From: Felis catus
Lineage: Eukaryota
DNA length: 64,000 nt
Reading direction: 5' to 3'
NCBI RefSeq assembly: GCF_018350175.1
Contig: NC_058368.1
Location: 96,040,001 to 96,104,000, forward strand
Shown here: in pieces, positions 26,221-37,856 of the stretch
Position numbering within the stretch: the first letter of the stretch is position 1
How the letters are laid out: every line of letters starts with the position of its first letter
The notes under the pieces: generated by a model
What the model was told of the DNA's origin: nothing
Databases searched by the model: none
What the model saw: only the letters and a program-made list of their open reading frames with translations
Program-made: the position numbers and the translations under genes

Positions 26221-26389
26221 TTTTTAAAAAATTTTTAACGTTTACTTTTGGAGAGAGAGAGAGAGAGAGATCGGCAGAGAGAACAGGAGATAAGAATGTG
26301 AAGGATACTCCAGGCTCCGAACTGTCAGCACAGACACTGGTATGCAGCTTGAACTCACCAACCATGAGATCATGACCTGAGCCAAAGTC
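26221..26389 (-). mobile_element. CanSINE lacking its 5' head, nested in L1MC
   Basis: Sequence stops at GAGCCAAAGTC; no TSD visible. Confidence 0.88.
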
Positions 26390-27143
26390 CAATGCTCTAT
26401 GCTCTTTATATCGATCCAAGTTGTGATGTATTTCCTTTTCTTTTTCTCTGATGACTCTTGACAACATTTCTTGCACTACAGGTTTCCTGGCCATAGGTTT
26501 CCTCAATTTTTGTTTATATGAGAAAGTGTTTATTTCTACTTTACTTTTGAATAAATTTTGTGGGATACAAAATTCTACATTTTTTTGTCAACAATTTAAA
26601 TATTTCATTCTGCTCTCGTTTGTATAGATTTTGAGAAGCTGGATGTCATCCTATCTCTCCTCCTTATGCAAAGTTCTTTTGCCTCTGAGTTCTTTCAGAT
26701 TTTTTTTATCTCCTATTTTTTCATACTTTGAATATATGTGTAGGTGTATATTTTTTGGCATTTATTTAGTTTGTTTTTCCTGAGATTTCCGGATCTGTGT
26801 GTTCATATTTGACATTAATTTGAGGAAATTGTCAGTCGTTGGTTTTCATATTTCTCTTCTGTTTCCTTCTTTTGTTCTTTGGTGTCTGGAATTGCCATTA
26901 CATGTATTATAGGCCTTTTGTAATTGTCCCACTATTCTAGGATATTCTATTCTAGGGCTTTGGGGTTTTGTTTTTTTCTTATTTTTGTCCAAGCCTTTTT
27001 TTTTCTCTGGGCTTTTCAGCGTGGTAAGTTTCTACTGAAATATTCTCAAGCTCATAGACTCATTTCCCAGCTGTGTACATTCTCCTAATAAACTCATCAA
27101 AGGCATTTTTTCCTTCCATTATTGTGTTTTTGATCTTTGCCAC

Positions 27144-27144
27144 T

Positions 27145-27207
<63 letters not shown>
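27144..27207. repeat. (TTTC)n microsatellite
   Basis: About 15 perfect units. Confidence 0.98.
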
Positions 27208-27978
27208 GTTTATAGTTTTTTTTAGAACTTCTTTTCCTCTGCTTGCACTGACTTTACTTTTTTCATACTCTCTACTTTAACCTTGAGAATCTTCAGCATG
27301 TTAACTATAGTTGTTATAAATTCTCAGTCTGATAATTCCAACACCTATGCCACATGTGAGTCTGTTCTGATGTTTGCCCTCTCTCTTCAATTTGTGATTT
27401 TTGCCTGGTAGTATTTTTTGCAATTTTTTTTTCTTGAAGGCTAGACCTGATGTACTGGGCAAGAGGGACTGCTATATAGTATTCTTTAGTAATGTGATGG
27501 TAAGGTGTTAGGGAAGAGAAAGCAATGTCTAGTCCAGGGATGAGGACTCGGTCTTTTAGTAAGCCTGTTTCTCTTGGCTGTGAACTTCAAGGGTGCTTCT
27601 CATTTACTTCCTCCTCACACAAAAATTGGACAAGATAGATAGAGGGGGCCAGAGACTGGTATTTTGCTTCTTCCATGTTGAAGGCTAGAACTAGCTAGAG
27701 TTGGGTATTTCACTTCCTCAGGGCATTCAGCCTTTGACAAAAACCCAATAGGTTAGGCTCTGGCTAAATAGTTTCTCTTCAAGTCAGAACTTGGTAAAGG
27801 TAGAAGGCTCTGGTTTATTTCAAAATGGTTCCTTTTCTCTCCCCAGGCAGGCAGCACGAGAGGATTTTTCTCTAATAATCACTGTGCCAACCCACTCAAG
27901 CTCCTGGAGGTAAAACTGAAAAGGTATGGGGGCTCCTATGATTGGGTTTTTCTGGTGTTTTTTTGTGTTTTTTGTGGT

Positions 27979-28017
<39 letters not shown>

Positions 28018-28269
28018 CTCTGAGACTTGTTCCCACTGAGCCTTCAGCAATTGCTCAATTACACTTTAGGTTTTCCTTTCGTGTCCTGGTTCCTGTATAA
28101 TTTTTCATTGTGTGCTTCTGCTCTAGTAATTGTGATTCTATGCATTTGCCTGTCTGTCTATCCAATTCTGGGAGCACTGACATGCCCTGTGACCTCATTT
28201 CTTTCACCCACATAAGAATCATTGATTTTTAAGCTTTTTAAAATGTGTTTGTTTTTAATATTTTACCTG

Positions 28270-29070
28270 GTATACAAACGTATCGAATTCATCCATTCTA
28301 ATGGTAATGGACATTTTTGTCATTTTTGGTTTTTGACTATAGCACATTTTTCTGCAAACATTTTGCATGTCCTTTGATTAAATATGTGCATTTTCATTAT
28401 ATATATATATATATATGTATATGTATATGCCATACATATATTTCCTATATATGTATGTATGTGTGTGTGTGTATATGGAATATAATATCTAAGATGGTAA
28501 ACGTATATATGTGTGTATATGTGTGTGTATACACATATACATATATATGTGTGTGTATACACACACACACACACATATATGGCATATAATATCTAAGACT
28601 GGAACTGCTGAACCATTAAATATGTATATGTTTAGTTTAATTTTTAATTGAAAATATTATTTTTCATTTATCTTGACCACTTACCCCAAAAATAATTGAT
28701 TATATAAATGTTGGCTTTTTTGTAGATTCTTATCCTCTTCCATTTATATATCTGTCTTTCCTGATATCCATAGCCCAGTATCTTAATTACAATAGTTCCA
28801 TAATACGTCATTAGATCAAGTAGTATAAGTCCTTCAACAATGTTTTTGTTTCAAAATGATTTTCACATTTCTAATTTTTTGCTAATCTATAAACACTTTA
28901 GAATCTGTTTATCAGATTATTTTCTTGGTTAAAAAAAACCTGCTAGGGTGATAAGTGGGGTTGCATTATTTTATAAATCAGTTTGAGGAGAAATGGCACT
29001 TTAAAATTTTTGAGCTATCTGATTTGTAAGCATGGCATACCTCTCTGTGTTTTTAGGTCTTTAATTTCTA
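28270..29070 (-). mobile_element. Very old L1 (L1ME-like) fragments
   Basis: Decayed antisense ORF2-like text (GGGGTTGCATTATTTTATAAATCAGTTTGAGGAGAAATGGCAC). Confidence 0.6.
28397..28582. repeat. Alternating purine-pyrimidine (TA/TG/CA)n tract
   Basis: Seen directly. Confidence 0.95.
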
Positions 29071-29074
29071 CCAG

Positions 29075-29500
29075 CTTGCACTCCTCAGAAAAATCAGGAT
29101 CAGAGAGCCTTGCCAGACTGGTTAATTTTTTTACCTCCTGCTCTCTGAGCCCAAAGAGACCACAGTGCCATGACAGATGGAACAGTGTGAAGTTCACTGG
29201 GATTCTTTCTTTGACTCTGTCAGTAGTCACATGTGGGTACCTAGACCTCTAACCATGCAGAAGCCAGACGTTTGGGAAAGGAAAACAGATTTTCCGAGTG
29301 TGTCACAGGGTGATGGTTAGTAGGGCCACTCACCGTCTTCCCCCTAGGTTCCCAGACTTATGCATTCTTTTTGTTGGGATATAGAACCACTGAAAGGTCT
29401 TTTGATTTCATGTGTATTCTTCATTCTGGCAAGCGGTGGCCCATCCTCATAGAAAATTACCTCCATGCTAGTCCTGATAATCTTAATTTCAGGAGCCAGA
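29075..29500 (-). mobile_element. ERV-L/MaLR-class internal fossil: integrase C-terminus followed by dUTPase-like region
   Basis: Manual minus-strand translation gives GWATACQNEEYT*NQ, RMHKSGNLG..VALLTIT, SAWLEV*VP and IPVNFTLFHLSWHCGLFGLREQEVKKLTSLARLSDPDFSEECKL, colinear with recalled ERV-L pol text GWGKVLQKAVYALNQ, RIHGSRNQG..VAPLTIT, SAGLEVLVP and IPLNWKLRLPPGHFGLL..QQAKKGVTVLAGVIDPDYQ.EI.L. Confidence 0.75.
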
Positions 29501-29997
29501 TAATCTGAAGACACGAGGTCCAATTTATATTCAATTTGCCCTAACCCTTTATAATGTAGTTTTCATAATCCCGAGCCATTGGATTCTTCCTTCTCAGGAC
29601 TAGAGCTCTCACTTTGTTGTGCTAACTGGGAAATCCCAACAAAAGTTCAATTCAACTTCCCAGACTTTCAGCTTCTCTTCCAGAATATATGATACTCAGA
29701 TATACATAATTGATAGAGAATAATGGAAATCCTTGTGATTTCTTTCTTGGGGTTTCTCTTAGTTTTGTGCTTTGGTAAATGCTTGTAATTATTTTTTTTT
29801 TTCTTGCTTTAAGTGTTGCTGAGTCAATGTGGCTATAGTAGCTGTTTGTTTTATTGAAAATAATGCCATTGTGCATATTATTGCATGTTTGGATTTCCAC
29901 TTCATAGAAATGTAGCCTTTGGGAAAAACACAAGAAAATATGGGAGGGAGGACTTAACATAGAATTCATGTCATAGTTTAAAAGGAGTTGATTCTGG

Positions 29998-30117
29998 GGG
30001 GGTCTGGGTGGCTCCGTCGGTTGAACATCTGACTCTTGGTTTTGGCTCAGATCAGGATCTCCTGGCTCTGTCTGTTATAAATATATAAAATTTAAGGAAA
30101 AAAATAAACTTAAAGGA
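29998..30117 (+). mobile_element. Internally deleted CanSINE
   Basis: Head to GATCTC joined directly to a short CT remnant and tail; perfect 18-bp TSD AAAAGGAGTTGATTCTGG at 29980-29997 and 30118-30135. Confidence 0.92.
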
Positions 30118-30624
30118 AAAAGGAGTTGATTCTGGATATCAACTTAGGATATGTGACTCTGGATGTAAATAGCAGGCGAAAACATATGAAGTAATTAAGT
30201 TTCTATTAAGTGCTAGGCCATAAACTAATGAACCTCCCTAAAATTACTGTTATTCATGGTGGATCTGGGTTTATTCATGGTGATGACAGGTGTTTAAACT
30301 TTATCCGGTTCTCCATGTCCCTTGTAGAATTCTATGGCCTACTCTATAAGGGACCATTCATTCGTAGGTTTATTGATTTAATACACATATATTTAACACC
30401 TAATATATTACTGTCACCTTGAGAAATATTAAGGATGGAGAATGATGTAGTGAGCACAGAACTCATTCAGGAGGAGTGTGTGGTCTAACAAAATGGACAT
30501 TATTATGAGTCAGTGAAGAAGCTATTAAGTGGCATGTTCTAAGAATGTGTGAACCTTCAAATTAGTAGCATAAAGTGAAGCAGATGGTATTTTTATCTCA
30601 CATATTAAAAGGTCATTGTATTGT

Positions 30625-30677
30625 GTTTTTTTTTTTTGAGAGAGAGAGAGGGCATGAGCTGGGGGGGAGAGGTTGAC

Positions 30678-30714
<37 letters not shown>

Positions 30715-30837
30715 ATCCACACTCAGTGCAGAGCCCAATGTGGGGTTTGATCCCAGGATCCCATGACCCTGGGATCATGACCTAAGCCTGAAATTAGGAT
30801 CCACCTGCTCAACTCACTGAGCCACCAAGGAACCTCC
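30625..30837 (-). mobile_element. CanSINE (older)
   Basis: ACTGAGCCACCAAGGAACCTCC end, GA tract, T tail. Confidence 0.9.
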
Positions 30838-31110
30838 ACTGGATATTTTTTATTGCTTGTGCATAATAGACAATACATATTTTGAATGGTTTGCTGTAAT
30901 TTTCTATTACTTACTTTAATATACAAACATGTCTAAATATTTAGTTTTTCTAAAACTGGAGTATAGGTTACATGTATAACCTAGTTAAAGTATGTTGTTT
31001 CTTTCTTTCCAACACTTCACATAACATATTGACCTCATTATACATCCTCATGAATTGATAAAACAGTGGCTTTACTGCCATTGTAGATCATAAACTTTTT
31101 TTCAGTGAAT

Positions 31111-31222
31111 TATTTTATTTTTTTATTTTGTTAATATAATTTATTGTCACGTTGGCTTACATACAACACCCAGTGCTCATCCCAACAAGTGCCCTCTCAA
31201 TGCCCATCACCCATTTCCCCCC
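31111..31222 (-). mobile_element. Very short feliform-type L1 3' end
   Basis: TTTATTGTCACGTTGGCTTACATACAACACCCAGTGCTCATCCCAACAAGTGCCCTC matches the 3' termini of the L1s at 6344, 39146 and 44538. Confidence 0.9.
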
Positions 31223-31832
31223 ATGGATTCGAATTATATACGGCTGGTATTGCTGCATGATTCCTGTTGAGCTGCAGTGTTTAAAAATAAATGTGAGTTG
31301 AAATTCTGGGAAACTCATAGTCTTCAAATTCCAAACCATTTAGCTATGCCTCTTGCAGCCCCTCAGTCCAGGGACTCCTTGGAAAGAGTCCCTTGACATC
31401 GGAACTGCCACGAATGTCACTGCCTCCTTTAAGCAGAGGTTTAGGTTCTATGTAATCAACCCCTATAGCAATCCAAGTAGTTTCAGATCAGTCCAGGAGC
31501 ATCGGAGCCCCTGGAGGTCTGATGAAACAATAACACTTCCGCACCACCTCCTGTCCCATGTTGCACCAGACCAGGGATTGTGGGGTAGGGGATTTCAGAA
31601 ACATTTTTGAGGTCTCTTCAGTCTGAGAAATAGGTTCAAGGTCAGTCGCATGGATAGCTGTGCTCTCACTATGGTATAAAGCAAGGCTGACACTATTTGC
31701 TCTCTGTTTTGTACTTACTTGTTTCTCATTGTGTAATTAAGTGACAGGGAAAAGTTATCCGGAATTACTTTTCCAGCCCATGCCTGGTAATACTCCGAGA
31801 TCTGTGTAGTTTTATCAAAAGGCGGAAGAGGT

Positions 31833-31997
31833 GGGACACCTCGGTGGCTCAGGTGGTTAAGTGTCCAACTCTTGATTTCAGCTCAGGTCACGATCTCACC
31901 CTTCATGGGATCAAGCCCTGTGTTGGGCTCTGCACAGACAGCATGGAGGCTGCTTGGGATTCTCGCTCCCTCTTTCTCTGCCCCTCCCCTGTGCACA

Positions 31998-32053
<56 letters not shown>

Positions 32054-32078
32054 ATAAATAAGCTTTTTAAAAAGACAG
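31833..32078 (+). mobile_element. CanSINE with long (CT)n
   Basis: GGGACACCTCGGTGGCTCAGGTGGTTAAGTG head, CT tract, A-rich tail. Confidence 0.94.
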
Positions 32079-34389
32079 AAAAGGAGAAGCAGCAGGCACT
32101 ATCCATTGTCCCTAGGCTAATAATAGGATAACTTACCACAGGGTGCTTCTAGACCCCAGCACCAGAGGAGCATGTGTCCAGCACTAGGGCTGGGGCCAGA
32201 CCACCCCAAATTGAATAAGACATAGTTCTTCTTTGAGGCGTAACCCATCCACAGATGGCCTTCTCCAGAATTTGCCTCTGTCTCAGACACATTCTTTTCT
32301 TAAAGATTTAGAGGATTTCATATGTTCAGAATTAGGTTTAAATCTTTGAGACTAGTTTGTGTTGTTTTTGGTAGAACAAGACAGTTCGTTCTTGAAAATA
32401 TCTGATTCAAAAATACTTACAGGTCTTCATACCAAAAAAAAAAAAATTGGCTTTTTTTTTAAACAAAGAAACAGAAGAATGACTTCTCCTAAAAGTTTTG
32501 GAAAATATACAAAATACTGTTCAAACAGTGATAGCTTCTAAGCCTAAATCCCGACCCCCCATAGATAGCAAGATTTGTTCCTATCAGTCAGGAAGATGAC
32601 AAAATAAATCTATCTGATCTTGATTTTAACTGTCCATGAAGTCAGATGAGATGGACAGAGGATTAAGTCAGATGGCCAGAGAATTTCCAGGCCAGGAATG
32701 CTCGTCATATTTTATAGTGGAAGGATTGCAGCGCCCTCATATTTTTTAGACATTAGTTTGTCATTACACGAGAAATGGGATGTTCGTTGCAAAATTAAAA
32801 AAAAACAACAAACTTCAACTATGTATAATAAAAGTGGAAGTCCTCTATGTTTACTCAACGAAATGTTCAGTGTAGTAAAAATTGTGTCATCAAAGGGGAT
32901 TTTCAGTTGATAAGGCAGACAACACCCGAAGGAGAGTTTTGAACTCATTTAAATACCTGAATATAATAGTAGCTGGGAAATTTGGGGGATATTCAGAGAA
33001 GAGTCACCAGAAGGCTGGGGAATCCAGAAAGCACAGGGACCCACCAAAGGAACTGCTTGGGTTTACTCTACAGAAAAAGGAGACTACTAGGAAGGATGAA
33101 CTCTTGTCTTTAAATTATTTAAAGGCCAGCAAGCAGAAAGCAAAGTAGACTTGTACCCGGCAGCACAGGACTAGCTTGTGTAAGGTAACAAGGAGATAGC
33201 ACTTCTGTCCTGCATGAAAGTAAGCTTCCTAATCGTTGGTGATGCTCACTTATCAGATGGGCTGCCTCTAGAAAATTGAGCTTTCTATGGAGGATACACT
33301 TAAGAAAGGACTAGGTGGCCATCAGCCACGGGTAGGGTTTCCAGTATTACGTAAGGCTTCTGTGTAGGGGTCTTTCTTTTCAGGACACACACCTCTGCAT
33401 CCTCTCCTTGGCTCTGCCCTCTCTTTGCCTCTCATTTCAAACACCTCGATTCATGCAGGCAGAGCCCCCTCCCCAATAAAACATGAGGAATAAGTCATTG
33501 GCTTACGACAGATGGACAAGGGAATGGTAAGAAGTATTTTCAGCACTTCCTGAAGGAAATCTCACATCTCTGAAGATAAGAGCCCTTGGCACTCTATGTG
33601 CACAGAGCAGATGAATACAAGGGACACAGATGTGGGGCTTCCTTTCCTTTTGGTAAAGAGAATTCATATGTCTTTAGTATCCAGGACCTCACACCATTAT
33701 GCCCATCTTAAAACAAACAGATTTTATTGCGTCCATACTACTTGGGAATCTCTAATTTGATTTCCCGGAAAAATGCATCTGAAACTCTTGAATGGATACA
33801 AAACTATAGGAAATGATATTTATACCTCATACGGCCTGGGTATTCGAAACTAATCAAAGCCTACGAGACTTTTATTCTTGTATTCTCTGATTATCTCCTC
33901 CTCCTCCTCCGTTTCTAATTTCAGTTGAAGAGTTTCAAAAATAAGAAGAAAAATAACAGAACAGTAGGAGGAGACAGATGGCTCAGTTGATGACAAAATC
34001 CATTTGACTTTTACCATACTGAGAGATGGAGAGCTTGATTAATAGTTGGTTGGCCAGGGAACAATATGAAAAGAGAAGCTATTTGGTGAAATGCTTCTTA
34101 AATGAATATAAAACCTTATAATCGCTCAATACCAGTGTTCCTGGTAGAATCACCGTTTTGCATCACTTTTAAAGTTTGAACCAGCTCAAACAGCATAAAA
34201 ATGTAGCTAGCATTAAGTCTAGAACATGAGCCAATATAAACGTATTTGAACAGCATTGACTGATGAGGTAGAAAAGAAAATGCAATTGAAAATTTAGTGC
34301 CTTTCCTGGGATGGCATTCTAATCTATTACAATTAACAGAGAAAAAAGGATCAAAGAGAGTCTGCCTATACAAAATATTCTTAGAATAA

Positions 34390-34580
34390 TGGAACTTCAG
34401 ATTTGGAAAGAGCCTGAAACTTCTTCTAGCCAATTACCTTATTCTTTTTTTTTTAACAAGCAAAATTAATGAGGGTCCACGGAATGAAATGGTTTTGCTG
34501 AGACCATGCAGTTTATCAGCCCAACTTAGGCTAGAACCTTAGAATTCTGTTCTAATTCGATATGCACTATTCTTTTCACT
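34390..34580 (-). mobile_element. MIR-family relic
   Basis: CAGATTTGGAAAGAGCCTGAAAC...GAAATGGTTTTGCTGAGACCATGCAGTTTATCAG...GGCTAGAACC. Confidence 0.5.
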
Positions 34581-34731
34581 GGGCTTTACTGTATGTATAA
34601 TCAGTATATCATAAATTTGGTATAATTATTTTTTTTAAGTTGAAGGAGACACTAACAATGAAATTATACCTGCTTCTGCCATCAATGTATGTGAAATTTA
34701 AAGTCGTCTATCTCAAAGTAAAATTATGTGT

Positions 34732-34801
34732 GGGGTGCCTGGGTGGCTCAGTCATTGACCTTCTAACTCTTCATGTAGGCTCAGATCATTATCCCAGGGT
34801 C
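34732..34801 (+). mobile_element. Tailless CanSINE 5' fragment
   Basis: GGGGTGCCTGGGTGGCTCAGTC...ATCCCAGGGTC with no CT tract or A tail, flanked by TCAAAGTAAA(A/C)TTA(T/C)GTGT at 34713-34731 and 34800-34818. Confidence 0.85.
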
Positions 34802-35206
34802 AAAGTAAACTTACGTGTATGGCATTATTTCAATGCCATTAAAAAGAACACACCTCCTTGTTGAAGCCTGAGATACATTATGATGTGTGTTAATTTTGAC
34901 CAGATTTATTTTTAGATCTTGGTCTAACAGGGGAGAGAATTTTTAAGTCAGCAATGCACATGATCATTGGCCAGATTGTTGGTGACATGGAGTTTTGTGA
35001 ACCCCATTTGTGTTATTAGATGAAAAAATAGAGGGGCAAGGACTGTAGAGCAGATGTTCTTAGGAGCTAAACTTTTCTGGGGACATAAATGACAACACAA
35101 TTACAGCAATTTTGGCCTCAACCTGAGGGAAAAAAATGTTCACATGGTTACGATTATAGAGGTTATTAAGCTCTGATATATTATGTGGATGATTTTCTGG
35201 GGGTTA

Positions 35207-35258
<52 letters not shown>
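35207..35258. repeat. (CT)n microsatellite
   Basis: Seen directly. Confidence 0.97.
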
Positions 35259-35263
<5 letters not shown>

Positions 35264-35959
35264 ACCATGCTGGAGTATTTATACAACTTTATTCATGGTG
35301 CTGCTCTTACTTCCTTGAGAGTATGGCCACATGCACATATACACAAGGTCTCTGCCTGTAGCTGTGAAATACCAAACAGTATCATCTGACACGTGTATTG
35401 CACATCAATTTTTGTGGCATTTTCTTTTGTTGGCACGTTTTATATAACTTAGGGCAGAGCTTCACATGTATGGTGTGTCCACTCATGTCTCTTGTATTCT
35501 TTCAGGTGAATGAAGGAAAAGGCTGATCTAATATAATTAGCTTCTTGGTGAGGATTACATTTGTCCCCACCTCCAAACTTCTTCTCATAGTGTGAATTGA
35601 AAAATTATTTGAAAACTCGGTAAACCAAATGGTTATATTTCTAGCTGTCCACTTTAAAGAAAATTGTACATTTTAATAGCTTTTTTCTACGTGAGAAGCT
35701 ATTGATTATCTGTTTACAGTCCCTAGACTGGGATAAAGAATGCTCAGGATATACTTTCCTAAATGTGTATAGAATAGTTGTATGAATTAAAAATAGATAT
35801 GCCCCAGAACTCATTAAATGGTATACTTTAGATTTGTATATTTCATTATATGTTAAGCTACCCCCCTTCCCCCCCACACATGAATCCACCTACATTTATT
35901 GAACTGTAGTTGATAGTGGGTATGTTGATGGATTTAGTGGCACATTATTTTGAAATATG

Positions 35960-36123
35960 TCAAAATAAATATGGATGCAAACATAGTTGCATAGGCATGT
36001 GATAAAGCAAATAGAACAAAATATTAATTGTAAAATCTTTGAGGTCAGTATTTGGGTGTTCATTGCACCATTCTGTTAATATTTATGAATATTTTTAAAT
36101 TTTCATTAAAATTATTTAAAAAA
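35960..36123 (+). mobile_element. Ancient L1 (L1MC4/L1ME-like) 3' end
   Basis: GATAAAGCAAATAGAACAAAATATTAATTGTAAAATC...GGGTGTTCATTGCACCATTCT motif. Confidence 0.6.
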
Positions 36124-36228
36124 CTTAGATATCCCAAAATTGTGGCTCTTACTAGAGATGTTCTTCAAGTTTCTCCAATCTCAGAGAAACTTTTAACAGT
36201 TCCAAAAAAACCAATCAAGTTGAATTTT

Positions 36229-36527
36229 ATTTTATTTTATTTTATTTTATTTTATTTTATTTTATTTTATTTTATTTTATTTTATTTTATTTTATTTTAT
36301 TTTATTTTATTTTATTTAATGTTTATTCATTTATTTTGAGTGAGAGAAAGGCAGAGAGAGAGGGAGAGAGATAAAAACAGTGAGAGAGGGAGAGAGAGAA
36401 TCCCAAGCAGGTGCCGTGCTGTGAGTGCAGAGCCTGATGCGGGGCTCAAACTCTTGAACCACGGGATTGTGATCTGACTGGAGATCAAGACTCAAGATGT
36501 TTAACCAACTAAGCCACCCAGGCACCC
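36229..36527 (-). mobile_element. CanSINE with (AAAAT)n tail expansion
   Basis: (ATTTT)n of about 18 units at 36224-36316; TSD CAAGTT(G/A)AATTTT at 36216-36228 and 36528-36540. Confidence 0.95.
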
Positions 36528-36574
36528 CAAGTTAAATTTTTAATTTTAGAAATGACTTGCAACTAAACCAATTT

Positions 36575-36735
36575 TTTAAATGTCTATATTATTTTGAGAG
36601 AGAGAGAATCCCAAGCACATTCTGTGCTATCAGCACAGAGCCTGATGAGGGGCATGAACCCACAAACCATGAGATCATGACCAGAGTTGAAATCAAGAGT
36701 TGGACGCTTAGGCAACAGAGCCATCCAATCACCTT
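36575..36735 (-). mobile_element. CanSINE (older, short)
   Basis: GAGAATCCCAAGC...GAGATCATGACC body; AACCAATTTTT on both sides. Confidence 0.88.
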
Positions 36736-36978
36736 GGAAGCTCAACCAATTTTTACCTTTAATAATTATGGCCTCCAAAATGGATGACCTAGTAGGTTGG
36801 AGGCACTAAGTCTAATCACCAAATCAGTCTGTCCCGTTAAGCTGGGGATACAGTGAGCATTCCGGTCACTCGGACAGGCTTCAAGGATGCCAGAGCTGGA
36901 AGCTCTCAGTCTTGAACATTATGTCTGCTGCCGTGTGTGGAAGGTTGGCATTTTAATTATGCGTTAGTTCAGATTCTT

Positions 36979-37199
36979 CTTTTTTTTTTTTTTTCTCAAT
37001 GTTTATTTATTTTGGGGACAGAGAGAGACAGAGCATGAACGGGGGAGGGGCAGAGAGAGAGGGAGACACAGAATTGGAAACAGGCTCCAGGCTCTGAGCC
37101 ATCAGCCCAGAGCCTGACGCGGGGCTCGAACTCACAGACCGCAAGATCGTGACCTGGCTGAAGTCGGACGCTTAACCGACTGCGCCACCCAGGCGCCCC
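36979..37199 (-). mobile_element. Young felid CanSINE (SINEC_Fc type)
   Basis: Near-identical to the 3870-4100 copy; perfect 19-bp TSD TGCGTTAGTTCAGATTCTT at 36960-36978 and 37200-37218. Confidence 0.98.
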
Positions 37200-37553
37200 T
37201 GCGTTAGTTCAGATTCTTGAGCCGATCTGATGTCACTCTCTGGCAACCCCTTGGCCTACCTCCAAGTGCAGTATGGTGGTCTTCTACCTAAGTGAGAACA
37301 TGTGTCAGATCATTAAACTCTTACCATGGAATGTCAACTAAAACGCTTCTGGAAAAATATGCCCTCAGTACAACAACTCCACAAATGTTTAACATGTGCT
37401 CTCTGTGCCAAGCCTTGTGCTAGATCCTAAGCACAAAGATGAGAAAAACACAGTGGAATATTGGGTTTTTACCAGGGCTTGAATAAAAAAAAAAAAAAGC
37501 AGGTCACTTGAGTCTTATTTAAAAAAGATTTTTTTAAGAAAGCAACTCGTTGA

Positions 37554-37856
37554 GGGGCACCTGGGTGCCTCAGTCAGTCAAGCGTCTGACTCTTGGCTTC
37601 AGCTCAGGTCATGACCTCACAGTTTCGCAGGTTTGAGTCCCACGTTGGTCTCTGTGCTGACAGCATGGAGCCTGCCTGGGATTCTCTCTCCCTCTCTCTT
37701 TGCCCCTCCCCTGTTTGCACATGCATGTGTCCTCTGTCTCTCAAAATAATAAATAAGCATTTAAAAAATTGGTTTAGTTACAAGTCATTTCTAAAATTTA
37801 AAATTTAACTTGGGGCGCCTGCCTCTGTCGCTCTCAAAAATAAATAAAAAAAAGAA
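37554..37856 (+). mobile_element. Composite CanSINE: full monomer, 43-bp linker and mini-SINE
   Basis: Monomer 37554-37768; GGGGCGCCTG-CCTCTGTCGCTCTC-A tail at 37812-37856; flanking AAAGCAA(C/G)TC(G/T)TTGAG at 37539-37554 and 37857-37872. Confidence 0.8.

Larger units (their letters stand above)
20605..28260 (-). mobile_element. Ancient L1MC-type LINE-1, near full length, with nested insertions
   Basis: 3' end TAGACTTTATTTTTTGGAACAGTTTTGGTACACAGAAAAATTGAG matches recalled L1MC1/2; endonuclease-domain remnant ORF 25043-25351 (GEIDESTITGGVFNTILSEMDKSSRQKIS); 5' region TTCAAAATGGTTCC...CTCCTGGAGGTAAAAC at about 27820-27920. Confidence 0.85.

Noticed and set aside
35480..35555. Acceptor/donor-like pair (TTCTTTCAG...TTG|GTGAGG)
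   Set aside because: The 42-nt interval has stop codons in most frames and a modest donor; indistinguishable from chance
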